Assembly (NCBI GenBank): GCA_024641665.1
Contig: JAHECP010000010.1
Coordinates: 3,941 to 67,940, forward strand
Reading direction: 5' to 3'
Length of the DNA stretch: 64,000 nucleotides
Origin: Acidobacteriota bacterium
GTDB lineage: Bacteria; Acidobacteriota; Vicinamibacteria; Vicinamibacterales; JAHECP01
This document shows positions 9,516-18,524 of this stretch, piece by piece (the first letter of the stretch is position 1; each line of letters opens with the position of its first letter). Made by a program: the position numbers and the translations under genes. Under the pieces are notes generated by a model. That model saw only the letters and a program-made list of their open reading frames with translations, did no database searches and was not told where the DNA came from.

Positions 9516-9531
9516 TGTCACGGAACTTGCC
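9516..9531 (+). promoter_or_regulatory. sigma-54-like -24/-12 element upstream of TBDR paralog 3
   Basis: TGTCACGGAACTTGCC, identical to the copy at 2956. It lies 108 nt upstream of the ATG at 9639. Confidence 0.4.
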
Positions 9532-9638
9532 TGTCTGTGCGCTAACTAACGTAAGAGTGTGTACGGTACTGGGGTGTCCTTGCTACGATGCCGTCGTGCC
9601 GACCACCCTGGAGGAGCATGGGACGAGGAGGCAACCAC

Positions 9639-12509
9639 ATGATGAGACTTGTCCAGCGGTGTTGGCCAGTGCTGCTCGCAGTGCTAATCGTAGCGGCACC
9701 GGCCTCCGCGCAGGTGTCGACGGGCCGCATCGAGGTGACCGTCGTCGACGCGACCGGTGGTGTGCTGCCGGGGGTCAGCGTGGAGCTGACGGGGCAGCAG
9801 ACCGCGACGGCCGTGACGGGCACCAACGGCATCGCGCGCTTCTTGAACCTGCCGCCCGGCACCTATCAGGTGAGAGCGACACTGCAGGGGTTCAATGAAT
9901 ACCTGAACCAGGCCGTCGAGGTCGTGGCGGGCGCGAACGTGCAGCTCACTGCGAAGATGAGCGTTGCGGGCGTGCAAGAGCAGGTGCAGGTCACGGCCGA
10001 GACGCCGGTCATCGACACGAAGCGGGCCGGCCAGACCACCGCGGTCACGCTCGAAGAGCTGCAGAACGTGCCCTCGGGCCGCGACCCCTGGGTGGTGATG
10101 CAGACGGTGCCCGGGATCATCGTGGACCGCGTCAACGTCGGCGGGTCCGAATCCGGGCAGCAGTCCGGCTACCAGGCCAAGGGCGCGTCGGGTGCCGACG
10201 CGACGTGGAACCTGGACGGCATCCCGATCACCGACATGGCGGCGACCGGGGCCACGCCGACCTACTGGGACTTCGACATGTTCCAGGAGATGAACGTGAC
10301 GACGGGCGGGTCGGACCTGACGAGCTCGACCGGGGGCGTCCATCTGAACCTGGTGCTGAAGTCGGGGACGAACACCCCGCACGGGTCCTCGCGCATCTAC
10401 TACGAGAGCGAGGGGATGCAGTCGAACAACATGGACCCGGCGCTGGCGACGGCGCTCGGCAGCCCGAACGGGAAGGGCAACCGGACGAAGGAGTACAAGG
10501 ACTACGGGTTCGAGCTGGGCGGCCCGATCATCAAGGACCGCCTCTGGGCGTGGGGCTCGATCGGCCAGACGCGCGTGCACATCCTGACGATCAAGCAGAC
10601 GCCCGACAAGACCAACCTGAACGACTACGCGTTCAAGACCCAGGCGCAGATCACCTCGAAGCTTCGCGGCAGCTTCACCTACTACAACGGCGTCAAGGAG
10701 AAGTTCGGCCGCAACGCGAGCGCGACGCGTCCGCCCGAGACCACGTGGGATCAGGGCTCGCTCGGCAAGGGGTTCTTCAAGGGTGAGGGCAACCTGGTCG
10801 TCGGCGACAACCTGTTCCTGACGGTCCGGGCCTCGCACTACCCGTGGGGGTTCTACCTCACGCCGGAAGGCGGGCTGGACAAGCAGATGTGGCAGGACGA
10901 CAGCGGCGTGTGGCACGGGTCGTACTCTGACTACCGCAGCGAGCGGCCCATGAACACCCTGAGCGCCGAGGGAAGCTACTTCACGGGCAAGCACGAGCTG
11001 AAGTACGGGTTCTCGTGGCGCAAGACGCAGGTGCACTCCGCCACGACATATCCCGGGAACAACATCATCACCTACTACAACGGCTACCCGGACATGATCG
11101 CCGAGGCGGACGCCGTCAACTACGTCAACGCCGAGGCGAAGTACATCTCCGGCTGGCTGAGCGACACCATCACGGCCGATCGCCTGACGGCGAACATCGG
11201 TCTGCGCTTCGACCGGCAGAGCGACAGCCTGCTGCCGTACTCGATGCCGGGCGTCACGATCGGCGGGTTCACCCAGTACCTGCCGGATCTGACGTCGCCC
11301 GCGCAGACGAACGTGTACCTCTGGAACTCGGTGTCGCCGCGCATCAGCGCGAGCTACGCCCTGGACCAGGCGCACAAGACGCTGCTCCGCGGCAGCTACG
11401 CGATGTTCGCGTCGCAGCTGGGCAACGGCTCGTCGGCGTTCCTGGCCGTCGGGCAGTACCGCTACATTGCCTTCGACGCGGTCGACACCAACGGCAACCA
11501 CCTCGCCGACCCCAACGAGGTCGACTACAACTCGCTGGAGTGGTGGAACGGCTTCGACATCAACGACCCGGCGAAGCTCTCGACGGTCAATCACGTCGGC
11601 GACTACGCGGTGCCGAAGACGCACGAGATCGTCATCGGCGTCGACCGCGAACTGATGAACAACTTCGGGCTGAGCGCGGCGTTCACGTATCGCAAGATGG
11701 TGGACTTCAACTGGTCGCCCCGCATCGGCGTCCGTGAGGCCAACTACGTCCAGGTCGGCACGTTGTCCGGCAGCGGCCTGCCGGATGGATCCAGCTACAG
11801 CGCGCCGTACTACGCGCTCCTGGATACCAGCGGCCTGTCGGTCGACGCCCTCGGCGGCGGGCAGGAGCGCGTCAAGCGCGACGGCTACCACCAGCGGTAC
11901 ATGGGCCTGGAGGTCAGCGCGACCAAGCGGCTGGCGAATCGGTGGATGGCGCGGTTCGGGTTCTCGAGCAACTCGCACCGCGAGTACTTCGACAATCCGG
12001 CCACGGCAATCCAGGACCCGACACCGAGCCAGACCCAGCCGCTCATCAACGGCGGCCTCGTCGTGACGGCGTCCGGCGGCAGCGGCAAGAGCGGGATCTA
12101 CCAGCTGCTGCCGAAGTACCAGTTCATCGGGAACGGCATGTACCAGGCGCCGTACGGCATCGACGTCGGGTTCAACCTCACCCTGCGGCAGGGCTTCGGC
12201 CAGCCGTGGTACCGGAGCCGCGTGTCGACGGGCGACTACTTCGGCAGCAGCAAGAACGTGCTGCTCGTCACCGACCTCGGCCAGAACCGGCTGCCGACGG
12301 TGACGACGTTCGACGTCCGGCTGGGGAAGGTGTTCAAGATCAATCGGGCGAACCTCAACTTCGACCTGGACGTCTTCAACCTGTTCAACTCGGGCACGGT
12401 GCTCGGCCGCCAGTACGACATGCGGCTGACGGGCGCGACCGGGTTCAACCAGGTGCTGGAGATCATGAACCCGCGCATCATGCGCCTCGGCCTGCGCCTG
12501 AACTTCTAA
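9639..12509 (+). CDS. TonB-dependent outer-membrane receptor with a carboxypeptidase-regulatory-like domain (paralog 3 of 3)
   Basis: The track ORF starts at 9588. I prefer ATG 9639 (MMRLVQRCWPVLLAVLIVAAPASA/QV) because it aligns with the other paralogs and follows GAGGAGG. Ends ...RLGLRLNF. Confidence 0.9.
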   Translation: MMRLVQRCWPVLLAVLIVAAPASAQVSTGRIEVTVVDATGGVLPGVSVELTGQQTATAVTGTNGIARFLNLPPGTYQVRATLQGFNEYLNQAVEVVAGANVQLTAKMSVAGVQEQVQVTAETPVIDTKRAGQTTAVTLEELQNVPSGRDPWVVMQTVPGIIVDRVNVGGSESGQQSGYQAKGASGADATWNLDGIPITDMAATGATPTYWDFDMFQEMNVTTGGSDLTSSTGGVHLNLVLKSGTNTPHGSSRIYYESEGMQSNNMDPALATALGSPNGKGNRTKEYKDYGFELGGPIIKDRLWAWGSIGQTRVHILTIKQTPDKTNLNDYAFKTQAQITSKLRGSFTYYNGVKEKFGRNASATRPPETTWDQGSLGKGFFKGEGNLVVGDNLFLTVRASHYPWGFYLTPEGGLDKQMWQDDSGVWHGSYSDYRSERPMNTLSAEGSYFTGKHELKYGFSWRKTQVHSATTYPGNNIITYYNGYPDMIAEADAVNYVNAEAKYISGWLSDTITADRLTANIGLRFDRQSDSLLPYSMPGVTIGGFTQYLPDLTSPAQTNVYLWNSVSPRISASYALDQAHKTLLRGSYAMFASQLGNGSSAFLAVGQYRYIAFDAVDTNGNHLADPNEVDYNSLEWWNGFDINDPAKLSTVNHVGDYAVPKTHEIVIGVDRELMNNFGLSAAFTYRKMVDFNWSPRIGVREANYVQVGTLSGSGLPDGSSYSAPYYALLDTSGLSVDALGGGQERVKRDGYHQRYMGLEVSATKRLANRWMARFGFSSNSHREYFDNPATAIQDPTPSQTQPLINGGLVVTASGGSGKSGIYQLLPKYQFIGNGMYQAPYGIDVGFNLTLRQGFGQPWYRSRVSTGDYFGSSKNVLLVTDLGQNRLPTVTTFDVRLGKVFKINRANLNFDLDVFNLFNSGTVLGRQYDMRLTGATGFNQVLEIMNPRIMRLGLRLNF

Positions 12510-12515
12510 ACACAA

Positions 12516-12557
12516 GGGGACGGGAGCTCCACAGCGATCGGAGGAGCTCCCGTCCCC
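12516..12557. terminator. hairpin GGGGACGGGAGCTCC-N12-GGAGCTCCCGTCCCC between convergent genes
   Basis: 15-bp perfect stem between the TBDR3 stop (12509) and the stop of the minus-strand gene at 12579. Confidence 0.6.
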
Positions 12558-12578
12558 TTGACTCCGTCCCCGTCTTTC

Positions 12579-13352
12579 TCACCCCACGCGCACGATCATC
12601 AGGTCAAAGCTGCTCCGAGACGTCTTCTGGAAGTAGGCGAGGCGCCGGCCGTTGTCGCTCCACGCCGGCAGGATGACGTGCGTGGTCTTCGCCACGCGGA
12701 GGGTGTGGCCCTCGGCATCCATGATCACGAGGCGGCCCTTCTGGTCGGCGTAGGCGATGAGGCCGAGCGAGGCCGGCGACCAGGAGAAGGTGGAGCCCGG
12801 CCTGAGCGGCGCGTTCACGACCTCGGCGATCACCTGCCCGTGCAGCCACATCGTGCTGGTCACGATCCGCTGGCTCTGCCAGATGGCCGCCACGGCGGCT
12901 GCCTGGGCGTCGTTCGGGTTGGCGGTCGGGTCGCTCGTCGACTGGCCGATGCTGCCCTCGCGGGGGACGTTGGTGGTGCGAGCCCGGGTCTCGACCTGGT
13001 CGAGCCGGATGGCGAACGACGGTCGCCCGGGCGCCGCCGGCGCCGACTTCCAGGTCCAGTAGTCGACCGCCCACGCGGGCTCGGCCTCGGTCGGCGCCGA
13101 GCGGCGCGCGGCGACGTCCACCAGGTAGTTGCGGCCGGTCTCGTTGCCCCAGCGGTCGTACTCGCTCATGCGCACGTAGAGCCGGGTGCCGTCGGGCGAC
13201 CAGGCCATGCGGCTCGGCATGCCTCGCAGGGCCTTCGCGTCGAGCGTGACGATCTTGTCGGGAGACGAGACGGCGAGCCGTGACAGGTCGGTCTGCGGCG
13301 CGGCCGCGCCGGCCGCCGTCATCGCGGCGACGAGCACCAGGGCGTAAATCAT
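12579..13352 (-). CDS. secreted protein with TolB/WD40-like beta-propeller repeats (hypothetical)
   Basis: ATG at 13352 follows GGAGAGG. Signal peptide is MIYALVLVAAMTAAGAAA. Contains propeller-blade-like motifs MAWSPDGTRLYV, FSWSPASLGLIAYAD and PAWSDNGRRLAY. Confidence 0.65.
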   Translation of the reverse strand: MIYALVLVAAMTAAGAAAPQTDLSRLAVSSPDKIVTLDAKALRGMPSRMAWSPDGTRLYVRMSEYDRWGNETGRNYLVDVAARRSAPTEAEPAWAVDYWTWKSAPAAPGRPSFAIRLDQVETRARTTNVPREGSIGQSTSDPTANPNDAQAAAVAAIWQSQRIVTSTMWLHGQVIAEVVNAPLRPGSTFSWSPASLGLIAYADQKGRLVIMDAEGHTLRVAKTTHVILPAWSDNGRRLAYFQKTSRSSFDLMIVRVG

Positions 13353-13418
13353 CGTCGTCACCTCTCCCCGATGATACCGCGCCTTGGAGGGCACGTCACG
13401 GCCTGCGCATCCGGCCCG

Positions 13419-15449
13419 TCACGGGAACGACGGCTTCCCAGTGACCGCGTCCGCCGCGGCGACCGCGTACAACGTGCGCGACTCGTCCTCGGCGATCGGA
13501 CGCAGGGGCAGCACGGCGGCAACGTAGCGCAGGAGCGCGTCGGAGCAGCGGTCGCGCCGCACGACGACGTAGGCGATGTCCAGGGTGCGCAGGGTCTCCG
13601 GCGCGTCGAGACGATCGGCCCCGATCTGCGACGGCGACACCGGCTCGCCCGCGGACAGGCGCAGAAGGGTCGAGATCACGGGGAGCCGTTCGTCGGTCTC
13701 GAAGACCCGGCGCGGCACGCGGGCGGCGAAGCCGCCCACAATCGGCCGGCCGTGCACGGTCTGGAAGTACATGACCTCCGGATCGAACGATCCGTGCTCG
13801 CCGAACCCGTCCCGGAGTCCGAGAGGAATCTCGAGCACGGCGCCCTCGCCCGGCTCGCGCGCGAGCTGCTGGTACACCGGAGACGAGGGCAAGGCGTAGA
13901 GCGCGATGGGCGCGCCCAGGTAGTCCACGAGCACCAGGGCGCCGGCCAGCGCCAGCAGCGCCGGGTGCGCGCGAACGCGGCCAGAGCGCGAGAGCAGCAG
14001 GGCCGCGATGATGCCCGCGGCGAGGTAGACCACCACGAAGGCCCGGCCCGGAATCCTCGCGTTGGCCAGCACCGGCACGAAGCGCAGCAGGATTTCCGGC
14101 AGGAAGAACCCCGTGTTGTGTCCTGCGACGTAGAGATAAGGCCCCAGCGCCCAGACGAAGAAGACGCCGCCCAGCAGCCACCACTCGCCGGCCTCCGGCA
14201 GCGCGCGGCGGCGGCGCCAGGCCACCGCCAGCAGCACGATCGGGAGGACGCCCAGCCACACCGCGTCGATGCGCTCCAGGCCGAGCGCGCCGTAGGCGCG
14301 GTCGACGAACGATCCCCAGAGGGGATGCAGGCGGTTGCCGAGCACCAGCATGGCCGCGTCGACGCCCTTGGGTGCGCTCCGCCACGCGTAGGCCTGGCTC
14401 ACGTAGTCGCCGCGCTGCCACAGCGAGATAGCCCGCCACAGGATCGGCCAGACGGCCGCCGTGAAGGTCGCGACGGCGAGCCCCAGCTGCGGGAGCACCG
14501 CCCGCAGCCGGCGCCGGGCGTCCGGCGCGAGCCGCACCGAGAGCGTCCAGTACGAGGCCGCGAGCAGCCAGGCCAGTGCCCAGAGCGCGGCGCGCAGGTT
14601 GAAGGTGCCCTGCAGGACCACGCGCACCCCTCCGCCCTCGAGCACGGTTCCGCCGGTGACCTCGATGGCGACGAGCGCCGCGAGCGCGACGGCTCCGAGC
14701 GCTGCCAGTCCCAGGCGCGCGCGCCTCGCGAACCCCGTGGTCGGCCTGCGCGCGACCCGGGCCTCGAGGAGGTGCCGGGCGAGGAGCACGGCCGCGGCGG
14801 CGATTGAGAAGACCACGTAGTAGTAGTCGTCGTAGGCCGTCAGCGCGAGCGCCGCGCCGGCGCCGACCGCGAACCTCGCCCGGCCGTCGTGCATCGCCCG
14901 GCGGAACAGGAGGAGGAACAGCGGAATCCCGAAAACCGCGAGCAGGTTGAAATGGCCGAGCAGGCGGGTGACGACGTAGGGCGAGCCGCCGTAGATCAGG
15001 GCCGCGACCGCCGCGGCGGCCCGGCTGCGGGTCACGTCGAACGCGAGGGCGTACGCGCAGGCGGCCCCGAGCCACAGGTTCAGCAGGATCAGGACGTTCT
15101 GCGCCGTCACGATCGGAAGGCCGCCCAGCACCGTGGCGCCCAGCCAGCTCTGGAGGGCCGTGTGCGTGTTCAGCGTCAGGTCCACGCCGGTGGGATGGAA
15201 GAGCGCGCGCGTGAAGAAGAAGTCCACCGAGGGCGAAGCCAGCGCCCGGCGCATCCAGAACAGGTTCCAGAGGAAATCGAGGTTGTCGCCGGCCCCCGCG
15301 CCGGGCAGGTGGGTGCCCAGGTGCCGCACGAGAGGCCAGCTCCAGACGACCGCGCACGCGGCGAAGAGCAGCAGCGGGCCCGCGTGGGCGCTCCACCGCC
15401 GCCCCCTCCGAGGCCCCGCCGGGCGGTCGACGCGGGAGCGGTGATTCAC
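13419..15449 (-). CDS. large polytopic membrane protein (about 12 TM) with a C-terminal soluble domain; GT-C-fold glycosyltransferase-like, function unknown
   Basis: This is the last 676 aa of the 1069-aa track ORF. The GTG at 15449 overlaps the upstream stop as GTGA. Many hydrophobic helices follow GDNLDFLWNLFWMRRAL. The upstream part of the track ORF is the out-of-frame shadow of the permease gene. Confidence 0.75.
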   Translation of the reverse strand: MNHRSRVDRPAGPRRGRRWSAHAGPLLLFAACAVVWSWPLVRHLGTHLPGAGAGDNLDFLWNLFWMRRALASPSVDFFFTRALFHPTGVDLTLNTHTALQSWLGATVLGGLPIVTAQNVLILLNLWLGAACAYALAFDVTRSRAAAAVAALIYGGSPYVVTRLLGHFNLLAVFGIPLFLLLFRRAMHDGRARFAVGAGAALALTAYDDYYYVVFSIAAAAVLLARHLLEARVARRPTTGFARRARLGLAALGAVALAALVAIEVTGGTVLEGGGVRVVLQGTFNLRAALWALAWLLAASYWTLSVRLAPDARRRLRAVLPQLGLAVATFTAAVWPILWRAISLWQRGDYVSQAYAWRSAPKGVDAAMLVLGNRLHPLWGSFVDRAYGALGLERIDAVWLGVLPIVLLAVAWRRRRALPEAGEWWLLGGVFFVWALGPYLYVAGHNTGFFLPEILLRFVPVLANARIPGRAFVVVYLAAGIIAALLLSRSGRVRAHPALLALAGALVLVDYLGAPIALYALPSSPVYQQLAREPGEGAVLEIPLGLRDGFGEHGSFDPEVMYFQTVHGRPIVGGFAARVPRRVFETDERLPVISTLLRLSAGEPVSPSQIGADRLDAPETLRTLDIAYVVVRRDRCSDALLRYVAAVLPLRPIAEDESRTLYAVAAADAVTGKPSFP

Positions 15450-16642
15450 AACTCTCTGAGGGCCGTCACCACGGGAAGCCGCGCGGCGCGAACGGCGGGC
15501 AGCATGCCGCCAAGGAAGCCCATCACGAGCGCGTAGGAGAGGCCTTCGGCGAGCAGGCGCGGCGTGACGGCGAAGGCGAAGGCGACCTGGCTGAAGGTCT
15601 GCCAGTTGATCGTCGCCGTCTGGTAGCCGTTGAAGCCGGCGTAGGCCAGCACGCCGCCGATGACGCCGCCGACGAGCGCGAGCAGCATCGACTCGGCGAG
15701 GACCGACGCCACGACAGGCACGCTGCGGAACCCGAGCGCGCGCAGGGTGGCGATCTCGCGCGTGCGGGAGGCGACGGCCGTGTACATCGTGTTGACGGCG
15801 CCGAACACGGCCCCGATCCCCATGAGGGAGGCGATCAGGAAGCCGATGGTGCGGATCAGGCGATGGAGCAGCACCGACTGCTCGGCGTAGTAGTCGGTCT
15901 CGCGCACGACCTTCACGTTCAGCCGCGGGTCGGCCGCGAGGGCGTCCTTCAGCTGGTCGAAGGACCCGGGCGAGGCCAGCTTCGCGTACACGGCCTGATA
16001 CGAGTTGCCGCGGCGGTAGGCGGGCTGCACCACACCGGCGTCGGCCCAGATCTCGGACTCGGGCACGCCGCCGTTCGCCTCGAAGATCCCGACCACCTTC
16101 CACTCGTTCTCGCCCCAGCGGTGCGTCGAGCCGACGGTGAGGCCGACGTACTGGTTCGCCGCGGCGCGGCCGACGATGATCTCGTTCCGGCCCCACTCGA
16201 ACATCCGGCCCGCGACGATCTTCACGTCGCCGCGGACCGCGAAGGCCGCGGGCTGGACGCCGCGCAGCGGGATGTTGGCGTCGGTGCCGGTCGCGATCCG
16301 CGGATGGCTGAGGATGACGAAGAGCTCGGCCGAGGCGACGGGGCCGTTCGGCCCGCGCGCGATGCCCGGCGCGTCCTCGATGAGGCGGGCCTGCTCGCCG
16401 CTGAGGCCGCTCGTCATCTCGGTGTCGCTGCCGGCCCGGAGGACCAGCACCGTGTCGGGCGAGCCGGTCACGGTCAACGTCCGCTGGAAGCCCTCGGCAA
16501 TCGACAGCACCGCGACGAACACGATCACGACGCCCGAGATGCCGACGACGGCGACCGTGGACGAGCCGAGCCGCTGGGGCAGGCTCCGGAGGTTGACGAG
16601 GACGATCGCGCCGATCTGGATCAGCCACTGTCGCACGATCAC
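15446..16642 (-). CDS. ABC transporter permease, FtsX/MacB type (second permease)
   Basis: The GTG at 16642 overlaps the upstream stop as GTGA and follows GAGGAGG. It has an N-terminal TM, a periplasmic domain, and a C-terminal FtsX-like 3-TM region (REIATLRALGF...). Confidence 0.85.
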   Translation of the reverse strand: MIVRQWLIQIGAIVLVNLRSLPQRLGSSTVAVVGISGVVIVFVAVLSIAEGFQRTLTVTGSPDTVLVLRAGSDTEMTSGLSGEQARLIEDAPGIARGPNGPVASAELFVILSHPRIATGTDANIPLRGVQPAAFAVRGDVKIVAGRMFEWGRNEIIVGRAAANQYVGLTVGSTHRWGENEWKVVGIFEANGGVPESEIWADAGVVQPAYRRGNSYQAVYAKLASPGSFDQLKDALAADPRLNVKVVRETDYYAEQSVLLHRLIRTIGFLIASLMGIGAVFGAVNTMYTAVASRTREIATLRALGFRSVPVVASVLAESMLLALVGGVIGGVLAYAGFNGYQTATINWQTFSQVAFAFAVTPRLLAEGLSYALVMGFLGGMLPAVRAARLPVVTALREL

Positions 16643-17796
16643 GCCCTCCTCAGCGCGTCGACGATCCGGAGCCGCACGGCCTGCACGGCCGGCAGGCAGC
16701 CCGAGGCCAGGCCAAGCGCGAGCACCAGCCCGCCGCCGAGGGCCAGCTGACCCGCGGGCAGGTAGAACGCGGGCAGCAGGCCGCCGGTGGGATCGCCCTG
16801 GTGCACGAATCCCCACGCCAGCAGGAGTCCGAGCGCCCCGCCGGTGGCGGCGAGCACGGTGGACTCGACGAGGACGAGCGTGAGGACGAGGCCGTTCGAG
16901 AAGCCGAGCGTCTTCAGCACCGCCAGTTCGCTCGTGCGCTCGCGGATCGACTGCGCCATGGTGTTGCCGGTCACCAGCAGGATCGTGAAGAACACCGCCA
17001 CGAGCACCGCCGTCATGATCGCCCCGATGTCGCCCACCTGGTTGGCGAACGACTGGACGAACGCCTTCTCGGTCGAGGTCTTCGTCTCGAACGGCGAGTT
17101 GGCGAACATCGTGTCGATGCGCTTGGCGACGACGGCCGACTGTTCCGGGTCATCCACGCGGACCACGTACCAGCCGACGGTGCCCTGACCCCATTGTCGC
17201 GACTCGTCGAGGTACTTGTTGCTGAAGAAGAACTGCGTGGAGTCCACGCCGGGCTTGTCGCCGTCGTAGATGCCGTCGAGGGTGAACGTCCAGGTCTGCC
17301 GGCCGTCCTTTTGCCGGAAGATCGTCCCCTGGATCGGGATGTGGTCGCCGATCTTCCAGCCGAAACGCTCGGCCGTCCTCCGGCCCACGATGGCGCCCGT
17401 GCGGTCGGCGAACCACGCCTGCTTCTGGGCCTCCGGCAGCACGAACTCCGGGTACATCCGCAGCCACGACTCCGGGTCGACGGCCATCTGCGCGAAGAAG
17501 TTGGTCTGATCCTGGTAGAACCCGCCGAACCAGGTGGCGTGCGTGACGTCGGCCACGCCCTTCGCCGACCGGATGCGATCCTCGTAGCTGATCGGCAGCG
17601 GCATGATGATCGAGATCTTGTGCATCAGCATCAGGCGATCGGCGCCGGCGACGTCCACGCCCATGCTGAACGCCGTCCGGATCGTGATGAGGAGGCCGTA
17701 CAGCACGAAGGCCACCGTCACCGACAGCACGGTGAAGAACGCGCGCGTCCGGCGACGCCCGAAGAGGCTCCGCCAGACGAGCGGCAGGTACTTCAT
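16639..17796 (-). CDS. ABC transporter permease, FtsX/MacB type (first permease)
   Basis: 385 aa. MKYLPLVWRSLFGRRRTRAFFTVLSVTVAF... with RTSELAVLKTLGF in the FtsX region. The start ATG overlaps the ATPase stop as ATGA. Confidence 0.9.
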   Translation of the reverse strand: MKYLPLVWRSLFGRRRTRAFFTVLSVTVAFVLYGLLITIRTAFSMGVDVAGADRLMLMHKISIIMPLPISYEDRIRSAKGVADVTHATWFGGFYQDQTNFFAQMAVDPESWLRMYPEFVLPEAQKQAWFADRTGAIVGRRTAERFGWKIGDHIPIQGTIFRQKDGRQTWTFTLDGIYDGDKPGVDSTQFFFSNKYLDESRQWGQGTVGWYVVRVDDPEQSAVVAKRIDTMFANSPFETKTSTEKAFVQSFANQVGDIGAIMTAVLVAVFFTILLVTGNTMAQSIRERTSELAVLKTLGFSNGLVLTLVLVESTVLAATGGALGLLLAWGFVHQGDPTGGLLPAFYLPAGQLALGGGLVLALGLASGCLPAVQAVRLRIVDALRRA

Positions 17797-18485
17797 GCGC
17801 GCGCCTCCTGGAGCGTGCCCTTGTCGAGCAGGACGAGACGGCGCGCCCGCTCCGCGGCGTGCGGGTCGTGGGTCACCATCACGATCGTCTTTCCGTGCTC
17901 CGCGTTGAGCGCCTCGAGCAGGTCCAGGATCTCGTCGCCCGACTTCCGATCGAGGTCGCCCGTCGGCTCGTCGCAGAGCAGCAGCGTCGGGTCCGTGACG
18001 ATGGCGCGCGCGATGCCGACGCGCTGCTCCTGGCCGCCCGAGAGCTGACGCGGGTAGTGTCGGGCGCGGTCGGTCAGGCCCACCACGGCGAGTGCCGTCG
18101 CGACGTGCTTCTTGCGCTCGGCCTGCGACAGCCGCGTGAGCAGCAGCGGCAGCTCCACGTTGCGCTCAGCGGTGAGCACCGGCAGCAGGTTGTAGAGTTG
18201 GAAGACGAAGCCGATGTGCCGCGCGCGCCACCGCGCGAGCCGGCCCCCCGGGAGGTGGTCGATCGCGTCCCCCGCGACCGTGATCGACCCCTGCGTCGGG
18301 CGATCCAGCCCTCCAATCAGGTTGAGCAGCGTCGTCTTGCCCGAGCCCGACGGCCCCATCAGCGCGACGAACTCGCCCGGCGGAATGTCGAGGTTCACGC
18401 CTTGCAGCACGTCGATGCGCTCGGCGCCGCGGCGGAAGACCTTGTGCACGTCGCGGACCTGAACGAGTGGTTCCATAGGCATCAT
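17793..18485 (-). CDS. ABC transporter ATP-binding protein (MacB/LolD-like)
   Basis: Walker A GPSGSGKTT, signature LSGGQEQR, Walker B LLLCDEPTGDLD. Confidence 0.95.
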   Translation of the reverse strand: MMPMEPLVQVRDVHKVFRRGAERIDVLQGVNLDIPPGEFVALMGPSGSGKTTLLNLIGGLDRPTQGSITVAGDAIDHLPGGRLARWRARHIGFVFQLYNLLPVLTAERNVELPLLLTRLSQAERKKHVATALAVVGLTDRARHYPRQLSGGQEQRVGIARAIVTDPTLLLCDEPTGDLDRKSGDEILDLLEALNAEHGKTIVMVTHDPHAAERARRLVLLDKGTLQEARA

Positions 18486-18524
18486 CCCGAACCCCGGTCG
18501 GGCGCTGCGCTACGCCCTGAGCCG

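Noticed and set aside
3353-12515. Three 880-1020-aa minus-strand ORFs (3353..5992, 6206..9268, 9684..12515)
   Set aside because: They are exact antisense shadows of the three TonB-dependent receptor genes. Their products are Arg/Val/Asp/His-rich, with no signal peptide or domain signature. The plus-strand genes have clear receptor features.
13419-16628. Single 1069-aa gene as drawn in the ORF track
   Set aside because: Its first about 390 codons are the out-of-frame overlap with the FtsX-type permease (15446..16642), which has clear family motifs. The real gene starts at the GTG at 15449, coupled to the permease stop.
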